A stretch of 64,000 nt of DNA from Candidatus Aminicenantes bacterium UBA647 (lineage in GTDB: Bacteria > Acidobacteriota > Aminicenantia > UBA2199), in NCBI GenBank assembly GCA_002299555.1, contig DBOL01000107.1, forward strand, positions 1,310-65,309. Reading direction: 5' to 3'. The translations under genes were made by a program, and so were the position numbers. The notes beneath the pieces are model-generated. The model did not search any database, had not been told where the DNA came from, and saw only the letters and a list, made by a program, of their open reading frames with translations. Below, one piece after another: positions 35,709-45,940 of the stretch (position 1 is its first letter; each line of letters begins with the position of its first letter).

Positions 35709-37961
35709 TTATCTCCCGTGAGGAACAAGTGAGGGCGGTATTTCTCCCCGCTTCAAATATTTGTCGAACCATTCTATTACCATTTTATCAACTTCTGCTG
35801 AATACTCAGTCAACCCGTGATCACCACCTTCAAACAAAACCAATCGGAAGGGGACTCTCTCTTTCAGTAACAGATCAGACAGCTTCATACTTTGCAGTGG
35901 ACTTACTCTCCAGTCACCTGTTCCATGTAACAAAAGTAGAGGGGTTTTCTTAGGAAACTTTTTTACAAGATTAATTGCGGATCTGTCGAAAAGGAGCTTT
36001 TCCTTATTCTCAACATAAGACGGCATTAGCTCCTGAAATACAAATTTCTCCATATCAGGTCTGTTCTTTTTCATCATCACAAGATCTGAAACTCCTCCCC
36101 CCACAACAACTGCTTTGAAAAAAGAGGTCCTGGTATGTGCAAGGTATGTCATCATTCCGCCTCTGCTCCAACCATATATTCCTATCCTGGAAGAATCTGC
36201 ACTTTTTATTTTTTTCAGGAGAGGGATCAAATTTATAATATCATTTACATCTTTCCCGCCGAATTCCTCTATCCCCTCGCCCCCATCATTACCTCTGTAT
36301 TGACTCCCGATAACAACATACCCATTTGATGCAAGTTTTGCCATGATAAAAGCGATCTTAAAATAGTTCAGTGATCCGAACTCACGGTTCCCCCCCCTGT
36401 TGTATATGACACATGGATATTTCCCTTCAACAACCGGTTGAACAAGATAGGCAGTTACTCTCAAACCATCACTGAAATAAGATATCTTTTCTGCTTTTAT
36501 CTTTTCCAGGTATTTGAATTTATTGATTAGCTTCTTATTCTTTTGAACTTTATTTAATATTTTTTGATCACCGAGAATATTCACTACCTCTCTTTTTTCA
36601 ATTTTTCCATTCTCAGGAAGTTTCAGCAAAGCCTCCCTGTCAACAATCTTCCCATCCTTTATTAGTAAATGGATATCCTTAAGATTTTCAATATCTGAAA
36701 CAGGATCAGAGTTAAGAATAATGAGGTCGGCTGCGAAACCTTTTTCCAATTTCCCCAATTTCCATCCGAATGCCTCACTGAAATTAGATGTGGCAGAGGC
36801 AATTACTTCTCGATTTGTAAGTCCTATCTTGTTCAACAACTCCAGCTCTGTATGCAGTGAGATCCCGGGCATCGTCCCCCAGACATCAGTTGCACTCCCC
36901 GCCAGATATTTTGCACCTGCTTTGTAGTACATACTTTCAAGGACCCTCTCGTTCAGTATCAGTTTTGTGTAAGCATCTTGTAATTCTTTAACATAAGTAT
37001 GTTTCCCGGTGACCTTATCAGCAGGATTATTAATATCATCACTGCTAATTATTGCTGACACCGGCTCCATCCACGGATTTTTACTCCCCGGTATATCCAG
37101 ATAAGATAAACTTTGGGTCGGCATTATGAATGTTCCTGAAGCACCCAATACAGATGAATGATCTACCAATTTTGCATCTCCCTTTTTTATATTCGCAAGA
37201 AACTTATAATATTTCCATTTCGGGCTTTCCAGATCATCACTGAATGGATTATCTGCAACTGCAGCAGCCATCTCCGCAGGTGCAATGTCAAGAGAATATC
37301 TGGTAGTGTGAACGAACGCTCCAACTCCCATTCCTGATGCTTCTTTATAACTGGTATGCCCGAATTCACCGATCGTTCCCATTCCAAGTTCATGTGCCCT
37401 CTTAACCAAGCCCCTGACCTGATTCGGATTTAATGCATATTTTAAAAGTGCTATTTTATATCCTTTTTTATGAAGCAACTCAAGGTCTTTTAAGTGATCG
37501 TTAAGACTCTTTTTGTCATCTCCAACCGATTCGAGCCTTAAAGCCCGGGGGCCCTGATCAGCACTATCGAAAAATGGGCCTCTCCTACCACCATCAACAG
37601 CAATTATAGTTGTTACACCCATATATAGGTAAGCATTGGCATAAGCCTGGTTATTAATAGCAGCAAATCCATCGATCAATCCCGGGAGCACATACTTCCC
37701 TCTCCCGTCAATCTTATCTACCTTGCCCTCAATTTCAGGTATATTTGTCAGATCTCCGACTTGCTCTATCAGGCCATTCCTGATCAGGATAAATCCTTTA
37801 ATAACATCATTATTATTTCTCCCGAGATTGGAGAGATCCGTAATTGCGACCCCCGTGATCAACATTCGGGAATCTCCTGAAGCGTGTGACGATATTGTTA
37901 AACAGAGTAAACATACAATAAAAAGAAACTTACGGAAAACCCTTGCCGGAATCTTGTTCAT
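35709..37961 (-). CDS. Exported fusion protein: amidohydrolase-like domain + S9 (prolyl oligopeptidase family) serine peptidase/esterase domain
   Basis: 750 aa with a signal peptide (LFIVCLLCLTISSHASG). The N-terminal half has an amidohydrolase-like fold with the characteristic tail GFAADLIILNSDP...IKDGKIV, but PGLIDGFAAI replaces the usual PGLIDxHxH. The C-terminal half has S9 nucleophile GWSRGGMM, GTGDWRV and GGDHGL, giving a Ser-Asp-His triad. Confidence 0.75.
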   Translation of the reverse strand: MNKIPARVFRKFLFIVCLLCLTISSHASGDSRMLITGVAITDLSNLGRNNNDVIKGFILIRNGLIEQVGDLTNIPEIEGKVDKIDGRGKYVLPGLIDGFAAINNQAYANAYLYMGVTTIIAVDGGRRGPFFDSADQGPRALRLESVGDDKKSLNDHLKDLELLHKKGYKIALLKYALNPNQVRGLVKRAHELGMGTIGEFGHTSYKEASGMGVGAFVHTTRYSLDIAPAEMAAAVADNPFSDDLESPKWKYYKFLANIKKGDAKLVDHSSVLGASGTFIMPTQSLSYLDIPGSKNPWMEPVSAIISSDDINNPADKVTGKHTYVKELQDAYTKLILNERVLESMYYKAGAKYLAGSATDVWGTMPGISLHTELELLNKIGLTNREVIASATSNFSEAFGWKLGKLEKGFAADLIILNSDPVSDIENLKDIHLLIKDGKIVDREALLKLPENGKIEKREVVNILGDQKILNKVQKNKKLINKFKYLEKIKAEKISYFSDGLRVTAYLVQPVVEGKYPCVIYNRGGNREFGSLNYFKIAFIMAKLASNGYVVIGSQYRGNDGGEGIEEFGGKDVNDIINLIPLLKKIKSADSSRIGIYGWSRGGMMTYLAHTRTSFFKAVVVGGGVSDLVMMKKNRPDMEKFVFQELMPSYVENKEKLLFDRSAINLVKKFPKKTPLLLLHGTGDWRVSPLQSMKLSDLLLKERVPFRLVLFEGGDHGLTEYSAEVDKMVIEWFDKYLKRGEIPPSLVPHGR

Positions 37962-38065
37962 TTCATTTCTCCATGTTCAATGTATTATTAAAATACTATA
38001 AAAACAAGCTTTATTTTTCAATATCCCATTGTTATTTCCATGAAAAAAAACATACAATATATTAT

Positions 38066-38503
38066 ATGGAATTCATAATGATAACCTTCGGATCTGAATT
38101 GTATAAAGAGGAGATAAAACTGAGAGATGATGTCCTCCGTGCACCTCTCGGACTGGAGTATAAAAAAGAAGATCTTGAGGCCGAGGCAGATGAACTCAGA
38201 TATGGACTTTTAGACAGTGATGGAGTGCTTGTTGCCTGCCTTCTCATCAGGATATTGGACAACACTTCTGCAAAAATAAGGCAAATGGCAGTAAAAGAGG
38301 AATTGAGAGGAAAAGGGATCGGCAGAGAGCTTATGAACAAAGTGGAATCAGAACTTAAGAAAAAGAAATTCAAAAAGATCGAACTTCATGCCAGAATGTA
38401 TGCGAAAAATTTTTATGACAAACTCGGATATCGGCCGGTCGGGAAAGAATTCACAGAGATCGGAATTCCTCATATCAAAATGGTTAAAAAAATTGCTACA
38501 TGA
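38066..38503 (+). CDS. GNAT family N-acetyltransferase
   Basis: ORF 37943..38503; I trim to ATG 38066. The acetyl-CoA motif A is IRQMAVKEELRGKGIGRELM, followed by ...YAKNFYDKLGY. Confidence 0.8.
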   Translation: MEFIMITFGSELYKEEIKLRDDVLRAPLGLEYKKEDLEAEADELRYGLLDSDGVLVACLLIRILDNTSAKIRQMAVKEELRGKGIGRELMNKVESELKKKKFKKIELHARMYAKNFYDKLGYRPVGKEFTEIGIPHIKMVKKIAT

Positions 38504-38511
38504 ATCCCGAA

Positions 38512-39984
38512 TTACTGATATTTTATTCTGATATTTTCAGGCGGGGTCATATCAACTTTGTGGTAATCTCTGCCATTGGTTTCTGAAGCTGAGTAATAGA
38601 CTCTGGCCCCGCTATATAACCAATTGATCATCCTCTCTTCAAAATCAATTCCTGAAAATTCTAAAATATAGTCAATAAGTTCAAATGTATTAAATGGGGA
38701 AAAAATATAGTTTGAATAAATGTGACTTAAAAAATCTATGAAAATTTCCCGTCCACCCATCTCAGAAGCAATAGATTCGATAACCCTTGCTCCGTCGTTA
38801 TAGGCCCTGTCATCAAAACCTACGGAAACCGGTGTCCTTCCGCTTACAATATTTGAAGAAAAACTCTGGATAACGGGAGAAGAAGATCCGGCCGCACTAT
38901 ATTCATACCACATATTTATAGCTTCATCCCACCATGAGTCCCTGTATGTTTTGGCAACAACACTGCATCCGAAGTACATATGGAAAACCTCATGCTCTAA
39001 TGCACTTAGAGAAGTAATTGTTGCTCCGAAATATTCCATCCCGCCGCCTCCCTGAGTGAGGAAAACATCCAACCCCCTCTCCATGGGGAACACACCGATA
39101 TTTGTCCTGAGTTCCGGCAGCCACGACTCAAGAATTTCAAAAGCACTATCGATAGAAACACTCTCCTTATAGGTCATTATTCTGACATCGACTCCGTCTA
39201 TGACCCTTTCTTCAAAATCGATATCCTCTTCCGGGACCAGCATCCACATAACCGTATATGAAGCGACTTCTCTTTCAGTATCTAAGATCCATTTCAGATT
39301 ATTATTATTTTCTATTTCTGTAACTTTCCCCGACCCTATAAATGAATAAGACCTGTCACTTACGACAGAAAAAGTTATCCTGTGTGTAGATAGATCTGAT
39401 GGGCAGTTAATAGAAGGGAAAACAGCTTCATTCCCCACTCCATAAATATCGTTCACATCAGAATAGAATGATCCATAGCCATTTGAATACCCGATCCTGT
39501 ATTTGATGATAAGGATATTGACCTCATCGTTCCCGCATTCTCTCAATAATTCGATCCCTTCCTGTGTCGTTTCCTCAAATGTGATCATTTTAATATCTGA
39601 AGGATCATTGATATCCAGATCTTCTCCATTCAGGTTGATATTCCCGATGGTGTCACTTCCGGCAGGGTCAAAGTGTATCAGGGGGATCATTTGCCCCGGA
39701 CGCATACTGAACTCAATTATTGACTCGCCAATTAGAACATCTTCATCAGGAATGTATTCAAGTTTTACATCCATGTTTTGAATATCTATCCTCAGAATGC
39801 TGTCCATAAGATCATTCTCATCTACGGGATCCGGTTGGGGTATCTCCTCCGGAATTGTGATTGCCTCTTCCGTAACACAACCACCTGTTATCAAAGGCAG
39901 AGTAAGTAAAACCAACAGTATAAAGATGTATTCGATACTATTTTTGTTTTTGTTAAAAAATATAATACGGAGTGAACTTTTCAT
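38512..39984 (-). CDS. M1-like gluzincin metallopeptidase lipoprotein
   Basis: 490 aa. Lipobox LITGGC. The zinc site LEHEVFHMYFG (HExxH) is followed 18 residues later by WWDEA, which is the M1 spacing. Confidence 0.6.
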   Translation of the reverse strand: MKSSLRIIFFNKNKNSIEYIFILLVLLTLPLITGGCVTEEAITIPEEIPQPDPVDENDLMDSILRIDIQNMDVKLEYIPDEDVLIGESIIEFSMRPGQMIPLIHFDPAGSDTIGNINLNGEDLDINDPSDIKMITFEETTQEGIELLRECGNDEVNILIIKYRIGYSNGYGSFYSDVNDIYGVGNEAVFPSINCPSDLSTHRITFSVVSDRSYSFIGSGKVTEIENNNNLKWILDTEREVASYTVMWMLVPEEDIDFEERVIDGVDVRIMTYKESVSIDSAFEILESWLPELRTNIGVFPMERGLDVFLTQGGGGMEYFGATITSLSALEHEVFHMYFGCSVVAKTYRDSWWDEAINMWYEYSAAGSSSPVIQSFSSNIVSGRTPVSVGFDDRAYNDGARVIESIASEMGGREIFIDFLSHIYSNYIFSPFNTFELIDYILEFSGIDFEERMINWLYSGARVYYSASETNGRDYHKVDMTPPENIRIKYQ

Positions 39985-40068
39985 TGATCAATTATACAAT
40001 ATATTCATCTTTATACTAAAAAAATAACTTGAAATCATGTCTCTCTTATGATAATTTTTTAACTCTAA

Positions 40069-41082
<1,014 letters not shown>

Positions 41083-41083
41083 A

Positions 41084-42274
41084 ATGTATAAAAAATTTAT
41101 TGAAAACACAGATATCAGAGATAAATTCGTTTTTATCAGAAATGATTTCAATGTGCCTCTCAGTAGTGATGGCGACATAACGGATGAGACGAGAATAACC
41201 GAATCCCTGAGAACTATCAATTATGCCCTTGATAAGAATGCAAAAGTGGTATGTGCCTCCCATCTCGGAAGGCCCAATGGGCAAAAAGATGAAAAATTAA
41301 GTTTAAAACAAGTTGCCGAAAGATTATCAAGCCTGATCGGGAAAAAAGTGATCTTCAATGGGGAGTCTACAGGCCCTTCGATAGATAAGATAAAAAATGA
41401 GATGAAGGCAGGTGATATACTGCTTCTCGAGAACCTCCGATTCAACCCCGGTGAAAAAGCCAATAGTGAGGATCTATCCGCAGAACTGGCCAGGAACATC
41501 GAAGTTTATGTTAATGATGCTTTCGGAACATCCCACCGTGCACACGCTTCAATAGTGGGAATTACAAAACATGTCCCCATATCTGTAATGGGTTACCTTC
41601 TTAAAAAAGAGAAAGAGTTTCTGGAAATGGCACTCAACAACCCTCCTGAAAAATTCACCATAATTCTTGGTGGCACAAAGGTGTCAGAAAAGATCGGAGT
41701 GATTGAGAACCTGCTCGGGAAGGCAAAAACAATTATTATCGGCGGAGCAATGGCCTACACTTTCCTTAAAGCAAAAGGTGAGGAGGTCGGAGCGTCCATG
41801 GTAGAAAATGAATTTCTTGAATTCTGCAAAAACATAATGGAAACAGCAAAGGATAAAGGTGTGAAGATCCTCTTACCGGTAGACCATATTGCTGCTAACA
41901 AGATCGAGCGTAATATTACTATCAGAATGATAAAACCGGGAGAAGGGATTCCCCCGGATATGTTAGGGCTGGATCTGGGATTCAATACGGTCAGCATATT
42001 CAGAAAAGAGATATTGGAATCCCAAATGATATTCTGGAACGGACCAATGGGTGTTTTTGAAGTTGAAGATTTTTCAGGAGGAACCATGGCAGTCGCAGAA
42101 GCGGTGGCCGAATCACCTGCGATTTCTATTGCCGGTGGTGGAGATACAATAGCAGCTATCAAACTGGCCGGAGTAAAAGGAAATATATCTCATATTTCAA
42201 CCGGTGGAGGTGCTTCTCTTGAACTTATGTCCGGGATCTCTCTTCCAGGAATTGAAAGCCTTACGGAGGATTAA
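41084..42274 (+). CDS. pgk: Phosphoglycerate kinase
   Basis: ORF from 41018; ATG 41084 (MYKKFIENTDIRDKFVFIRNDFNVPL) lies 1 nt after the gap stop. Blocks SHLGRPNG, NDAFGTSHRAHAS and STGGGASLE. Confidence 0.95.
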   Translation: MYKKFIENTDIRDKFVFIRNDFNVPLSSDGDITDETRITESLRTINYALDKNAKVVCASHLGRPNGQKDEKLSLKQVAERLSSLIGKKVIFNGESTGPSIDKIKNEMKAGDILLLENLRFNPGEKANSEDLSAELARNIEVYVNDAFGTSHRAHASIVGITKHVPISVMGYLLKKEKEFLEMALNNPPEKFTIILGGTKVSEKIGVIENLLGKAKTIIIGGAMAYTFLKAKGEEVGASMVENEFLEFCKNIMETAKDKGVKILLPVDHIAANKIERNITIRMIKPGEGIPPDMLGLDLGFNTVSIFRKEILESQMIFWNGPMGVFEVEDFSGGTMAVAEAVAESPAISIAGGGDTIAAIKLAGVKGNISHISTGGGASLELMSGISLPGIESLTED

Positions 42275-43041
42275 TGAAAGATCTGATAATTGCAGCAAAC
42301 TGGAAAATGAACAAAACCGTCCCTCAGAGTATTTCATTCATATCGGATCTTGACATCAGAATAAGTCAATGGAAATTAAATCCAAAACTGAACAAATTGG
42401 AAATACTTATATTCCCGCCGGCTATATCTCTATATCCAATGAATGGAAGATCAGAGTTTATTTCACTTGGATGTCAAAATATTTATTTTGAGGAGAGTGG
42501 CGCTTATACCGGAGAGATAGCGGTTGATATGATCAGAGAATATTCGAAATATGCTCTTATCGGCCATTCTGAGAGGAGAGAGGTTTTCTCTGAAACAGAT
42601 GAAGAGATTAATAAAAAAATTAAAACTTCACTAAGTGCAGGCCTAACTCCACTTTTATGCGTCGGGGAAACACTGGATGAAAGAGAAGCAGGAAATACTT
42701 TTACAAAGATCAATGCCCAATTGAAAAATGATCTCTCCGGACTTTCTTCAGAAGAGATAGAAAAGATTGTTTTTGCATACGAACCTGTGTGGGCTATAGG
42801 AACAGGAAAAACTGCAACTCCTGAACAAGCTCAGGAAGTTCATGAGTTTATCACTAATGAAATAAACAAAATATCAGGTAAAGAAAACAAGAGGATGATC
42901 TTGTATGGAGGATCTGTTAAACCTGAAAACAGTAAAGAACTCCTTACAAAAAAGGATATAAATGGTGCTCTTATCGGTGGAGCATCCTTGAATGTTGATT
43001 CATTTTTTGCTATAATCGAAAAATCCCTTGAACTTGTTTGA
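42274..43041 (+). CDS. tpiA: Triose-phosphate isomerase
   Basis: 255 aa. AANWKMN, IGHSERR, YEPVWAIGTG and GGASL. The ATG overlaps the pgk TAA by 1 nt. Confidence 0.95.
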   Translation: MKDLIIAANWKMNKTVPQSISFISDLDIRISQWKLNPKLNKLEILIFPPAISLYPMNGRSEFISLGCQNIYFEESGAYTGEIAVDMIREYSKYALIGHSERREVFSETDEEINKKIKTSLSAGLTPLLCVGETLDEREAGNTFTKINAQLKNDLSGLSSEEIEKIVFAYEPVWAIGTGKTATPEQAQEVHEFITNEINKISGKENKRMILYGGSVKPENSKELLTKKDINGALIGGASLNVDSFFAIIEKSLELV

Positions 43042-43057
43042 AGAATAGGAGGACATT

Positions 43058-43444
43058 GTGGAAGGATTGTTATTGTTTATACATATTGTAGTTTCACTAC
43101 TGCTTGTTATTATTGTTTTACTTCAAAGTGGAAAAAGTGCCGACCTTGCAGGAGCATTCGGCGGCGGCGGTACACAGTCCAGTTTCGGTCCCAGAGGAAC
43201 TGCATCAATTTTATCTAAGTTTACAACAATATTGGCTGTTTCCTTCATGGTCACATCCCTACTTCTTTATATCGTTGCTACAAACAGGACCGATTCAGAT
43301 ACTGTTCTAACTAAGAGCGATACTGAAACAGCTCAAAAACTTCCTGCAGCAGGAGAAGGCGAAAAACCTGTTACGGATGTTAATAATACCGAAGAGAAAA
43401 AAGATACAGAAAATAAAGATACTTCAGATAGTAATCAACAATAG
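43058..43444 (+). CDS. secG: Preprotein translocase subunit SecG (with extended acidic/Lys-rich tail)
   Basis: GTG start. LLLVIIVLLQSGKSADLAGAFGGGGTQSSFGPRG is the SecG signature. It is followed directly by tRNA-Leu(GAG), the same secG-leuU order seen in E. coli. Confidence 0.85.
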   Translation: MEGLLLFIHIVVSLLLVIIVLLQSGKSADLAGAFGGGGTQSSFGPRGTASILSKFTTILAVSFMVTSLLLYIVATNRTDSDTVLTKSDTETAQKLPAAGEGEKPVTDVNNTEEKKDTENKDTSDSNQQ

Positions 43445-43450
43445 TAAAAA

Positions 43451-43534
43451 GCCGAGGTGGTGGAACTGGTAGACACGCAAGCTTGAGGTGCTTGTGGCTG
43501 TAAGGCTGTAGGGGTTCGAGTCCCCTCCTCGGCA
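43451..43534 (+). tRNA. tRNA-Leu (anticodon GAG)
   Basis: Manual fold. Acceptor GCCGAGG/CCTCGGC with discriminator A. Anticodon stem CAAGC/GCTTG with loop TTGAGGT. Long variable arm (class II). T-arm AGGGG-TTCGAGT-CCCCT. No encoded CCA. Confidence 0.9.
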
Positions 43535-43546
43535 TTCCCAGCAACT

Positions 43547-43634
43547 GGAGAGGTGCGAGAGTGGTTGAATCGGGTTGCCTGCTAAGCAACTGTTCTGGTT
43601 AACGGAACCGTGGGTTCGAATCCCACCCTCTCCG
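43547..43634 (+). tRNA. tRNA-Ser (anticodon GCU)
   Basis: Manual fold. Acceptor GGAGAGG/CCTCTCC with discriminator G. Anticodon stem GTTGC/GCAAC with loop CTGCTAA. Long variable arm. T-arm GTGGG-TTCGAAT-CCCAC. No encoded CCA. Confidence 0.9.
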
Positions 43635-43703
43635 TTTCACAAAAAAATAAACTTCAGTTTGTTTTTTTGGGGAACTTATCTGTGACATTCGAAATAATAC
43701 TCT

Positions 43704-43811
43704 CGTGGGTTTGAACGATTCGCCTTAAAGCGAATCCTCATGAACTGAGCAAAGCGAAGGAACCGAAGGCATCCGAGTGATGAATGAGGATGTAATCCCA
43801 CCCTCTCCGTT
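43704..43811 (+). pseudogene. Relic of tRNA-Ser 3' portion (T-arm + acceptor 3' strand) interrupted by a ~78-nt structured insert
   Basis: CGTGGGTTtGAA (43704-43715) repeats the 5' T-arm of the upstream tRNA-Ser with one mismatch. AATCCCACCCTCTCCGTT (43794-43811) is an exact 18-nt copy of 43619-43636. The intervening DNA contains hairpins GATTCGC-cttaaa-GCGAATC and CCTCAT...ATGAGG. No matching 5' acceptor strand lies upstream, so this is not a functional tRNA. Confidence 0.6.
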
Positions 43812-43850
43812 CTGCTTCGCCAAAAGTAAACCAATGTGGGTATAGTTTAT

Positions 43851-43879
43851 TTGACATTAATATTTTATCCCTTTAAAAT
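43851..43879 (+). promoter_or_regulatory. Putative sigma-70 promoter for the cheR-PAS-kinase cluster
   Basis: TTGACA, a 17-nt spacer, then TAAAAT, ending about 95 nt upstream of the cheR ATG. Confidence 0.4.
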
Positions 43880-43974
43880 TTAATTAATAAGAAGAAGGGG
43901 CTTTAATAAGAAGGGTTCTCACAATGTTTACGAGTAATTATTTCTGTTTTTGAGATCTTAATTGAGAATGCTAA

Positions 43975-44844
43975 ATGAACAAAAACATTGAATCGTCTTT
44001 GATCTTTCAAGATCATACAACTGATAAGACCATAGAGCAGATCCTGAATTTTCTTCATGAACAGAGAGGATTTGATTTCAGCGGAAACAGGGCTTCAATG
44101 GTAAAAAGGAGGATCGCAAAACGTATCTCAGCAGTTCAGGTGATCGATCCAAAAGAATATCTGAAATACATTCAGAAAGATCTGTCAGAGTTGGATGAGC
44201 TTATCAATGTCCTTACTATCAGTGTAAGTAGTTTTTTCCGGGATCCGATCCTGTTCGAATCTCATTCAAGCTGGCTGGATGATATCATATTAAGGAAACA
44301 AACATCTCAGGAAAAGGATATCCGAATCTGGTCAGCAGGATGTTCTACAGGTGAAGAACCATATTCTGTTGCAATTTTACTCAATGAGCAATTGCAGAAT
44401 GAGACAATTTCTTCCGATTTTCATATTTTTGCAACTGATATTGACAGAGAAGCATTGAGGAGTGGTGAAGAAGGTGTTTACTCTCTTGGAGATGTCCAAA
44501 ATGTAAAACTCGGATTATTAGGGAAGTATTTTTCAGTGGAAAAAAACATTTACCGGATAAATGAACAAATTAAAGAGAAAGTTTCCTTCTCTTTTTTTGA
44601 CCTGCTGCATAAGAGGAGTTTTTCCCCTGCAGAAAGTATTTTCGGAGGCTTTGATATAGTATTGTGCCGAAATGTATTGATCTATTTTAATTTTGATTTT
44701 CAGAAAATTATTTTTAAAAAATTATATCGCTCTTTGAACTCAGGAGGGTGCCTGATACTTGGCGAATCTGAAACAGCGGTCGAAAAATATAAAAGTAAAT
44801 TTAATAAGGTTAACAATTGCTGCAAAATTTACAGGAAAAAATAA
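43975..44844 (+). CDS. cheR: CheR-type protein-glutamate O-methyltransferase
   Basis: 289 aa. N-terminal CheR helical domain (FDFSGNRASMVKRRIAKRI). SAM-binding IRIWSAGCSTGEEPYSVAILL, then FDIVLCRNVLIYFN. Confidence 0.85.
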   Translation: MNKNIESSLIFQDHTTDKTIEQILNFLHEQRGFDFSGNRASMVKRRIAKRISAVQVIDPKEYLKYIQKDLSELDELINVLTISVSSFFRDPILFESHSSWLDDIILRKQTSQEKDIRIWSAGCSTGEEPYSVAILLNEQLQNETISSDFHIFATDIDREALRSGEEGVYSLGDVQNVKLGLLGKYFSVEKNIYRINEQIKEKVSFSFFDLLHKRSFSPAESIFGGFDIVLCRNVLIYFNFDFQKIIFKKLYRSLNSGGCLILGESETAVEKYKSKFNKVNNCCKIYRKK

Positions 44845-44845
44845 A

Positions 44846-45892
44846 ATGAAAAATTCTGAAAAAACAAAAGAACAGCTTATAACAGAGATAAAACAATTGG
44901 AATCTAAAGTTATAAAACTGGAAGAATCAAAAAATAAACATAAAATGACAGAAGAAACTGCGGAAGAGAGTGAACAGAAATTCAAGAACATGGTAATGAA
45001 TCTAATGGAGGGTTTTTATAGTGTAACATTGGATGGGAAACTTTTGGAATACAACAATGAATTCGTTAATATATTAGGACTTGATCCGGAAAAGGATTAC
45101 ATCGGATTAAAGGTGCCAGATTTCTGGCAGGATCCGTCAGATAGAAAAGTCTACCTGGATAAATTTTTAAAGAATGGAATTGTAAAGAACTACATAATTA
45201 ATGCCAAAAAATCAAATGGAGATAAGATCTTAACAATGGCGAATGCCCGTCTGATAAAAGATAAGAGAGGGGAACCATTAAGAATTGAAGGGACTTTCCT
45301 GGACGTCACTGAGCGTAAAAAATCAGAGGAAAAAATACGTGCTGCTGAAAAATCTGCAAAAATAAATGAAGAATACTACAGAAACATCATTAACAAAATG
45401 GGTGATCCTGTTTTTGTTAAGGACAACCAAAGCCGGTTTCTTCTGGTTAATGATGCTTTTTGCAAAATGTTAGGCTTAACCAGAAATGACATAATCAACA
45501 AAACACTAGCCGAACATTTATCTCCGGAAGAAATGAAACACTTTTTGAAAGTTGACGAGCAAGTGCTAATTGACGGAAAAGATAATGTAATTGAGGAGCC
45601 ACTTACTACAGGAAATAACAAAACACTAACAATTTCAACAAGAAAGACAAGGTTTATAGATGACAATGACAAAAGATTTCTAGTTGGTGTAATTCGGGAT
45701 GTTACCGAACGCAAGCAAGCGGAAGAGGAGCTTGCAAAACACAGGGATAAGCTGGAAGAGCTTGTGAAAGAAAGGACGGCGAAACTTGAAGAAAAGAATA
45801 AAGAACTCGATACGACATTAAAAGTATTTGTAGGAAGAGAACTCAAGATCAAAGAATTAGAAACTAAGATCAATGCCATGCGAGGTGAATAG
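44846..45892 (+). CDS. Tandem-PAS domain protein ending in a coiled coil (no kinase core)
   Basis: ORF from 44759; ATG 44846 lies 1 nt after the cheR stop. Two PAS blocks each end in the ...DVTERKKSEE / ...DVTERKQAEEE linker. The C-terminal helix is LEEKNKELDTTLKVFVGRELKIKELETKINAM. Confidence 0.75.
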   Translation: MKNSEKTKEQLITEIKQLESKVIKLEESKNKHKMTEETAEESEQKFKNMVMNLMEGFYSVTLDGKLLEYNNEFVNILGLDPEKDYIGLKVPDFWQDPSDRKVYLDKFLKNGIVKNYIINAKKSNGDKILTMANARLIKDKRGEPLRIEGTFLDVTERKKSEEKIRAAEKSAKINEEYYRNIINKMGDPVFVKDNQSRFLLVNDAFCKMLGLTRNDIINKTLAEHLSPEEMKHFLKVDEQVLIDGKDNVIEEPLTTGNNKTLTISTRKTRFIDDNDKRFLVGVIRDVTERKQAEEELAKHRDKLEELVKERTAKLEEKNKELDTTLKVFVGRELKIKELETKINAMRGE

Positions 45893-45940
45893 GGTGAAAT
45901 ACAATTTAAATAAATTCAAATACAAGAAGGAGACAGGATC

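Noticed and set aside
43380-43589. 69-aa minus-strand ORF
   Set aside because: It overlaps the secG 3' end and both tRNA genes, so it is an artefact of open frame across structured RNA genes.
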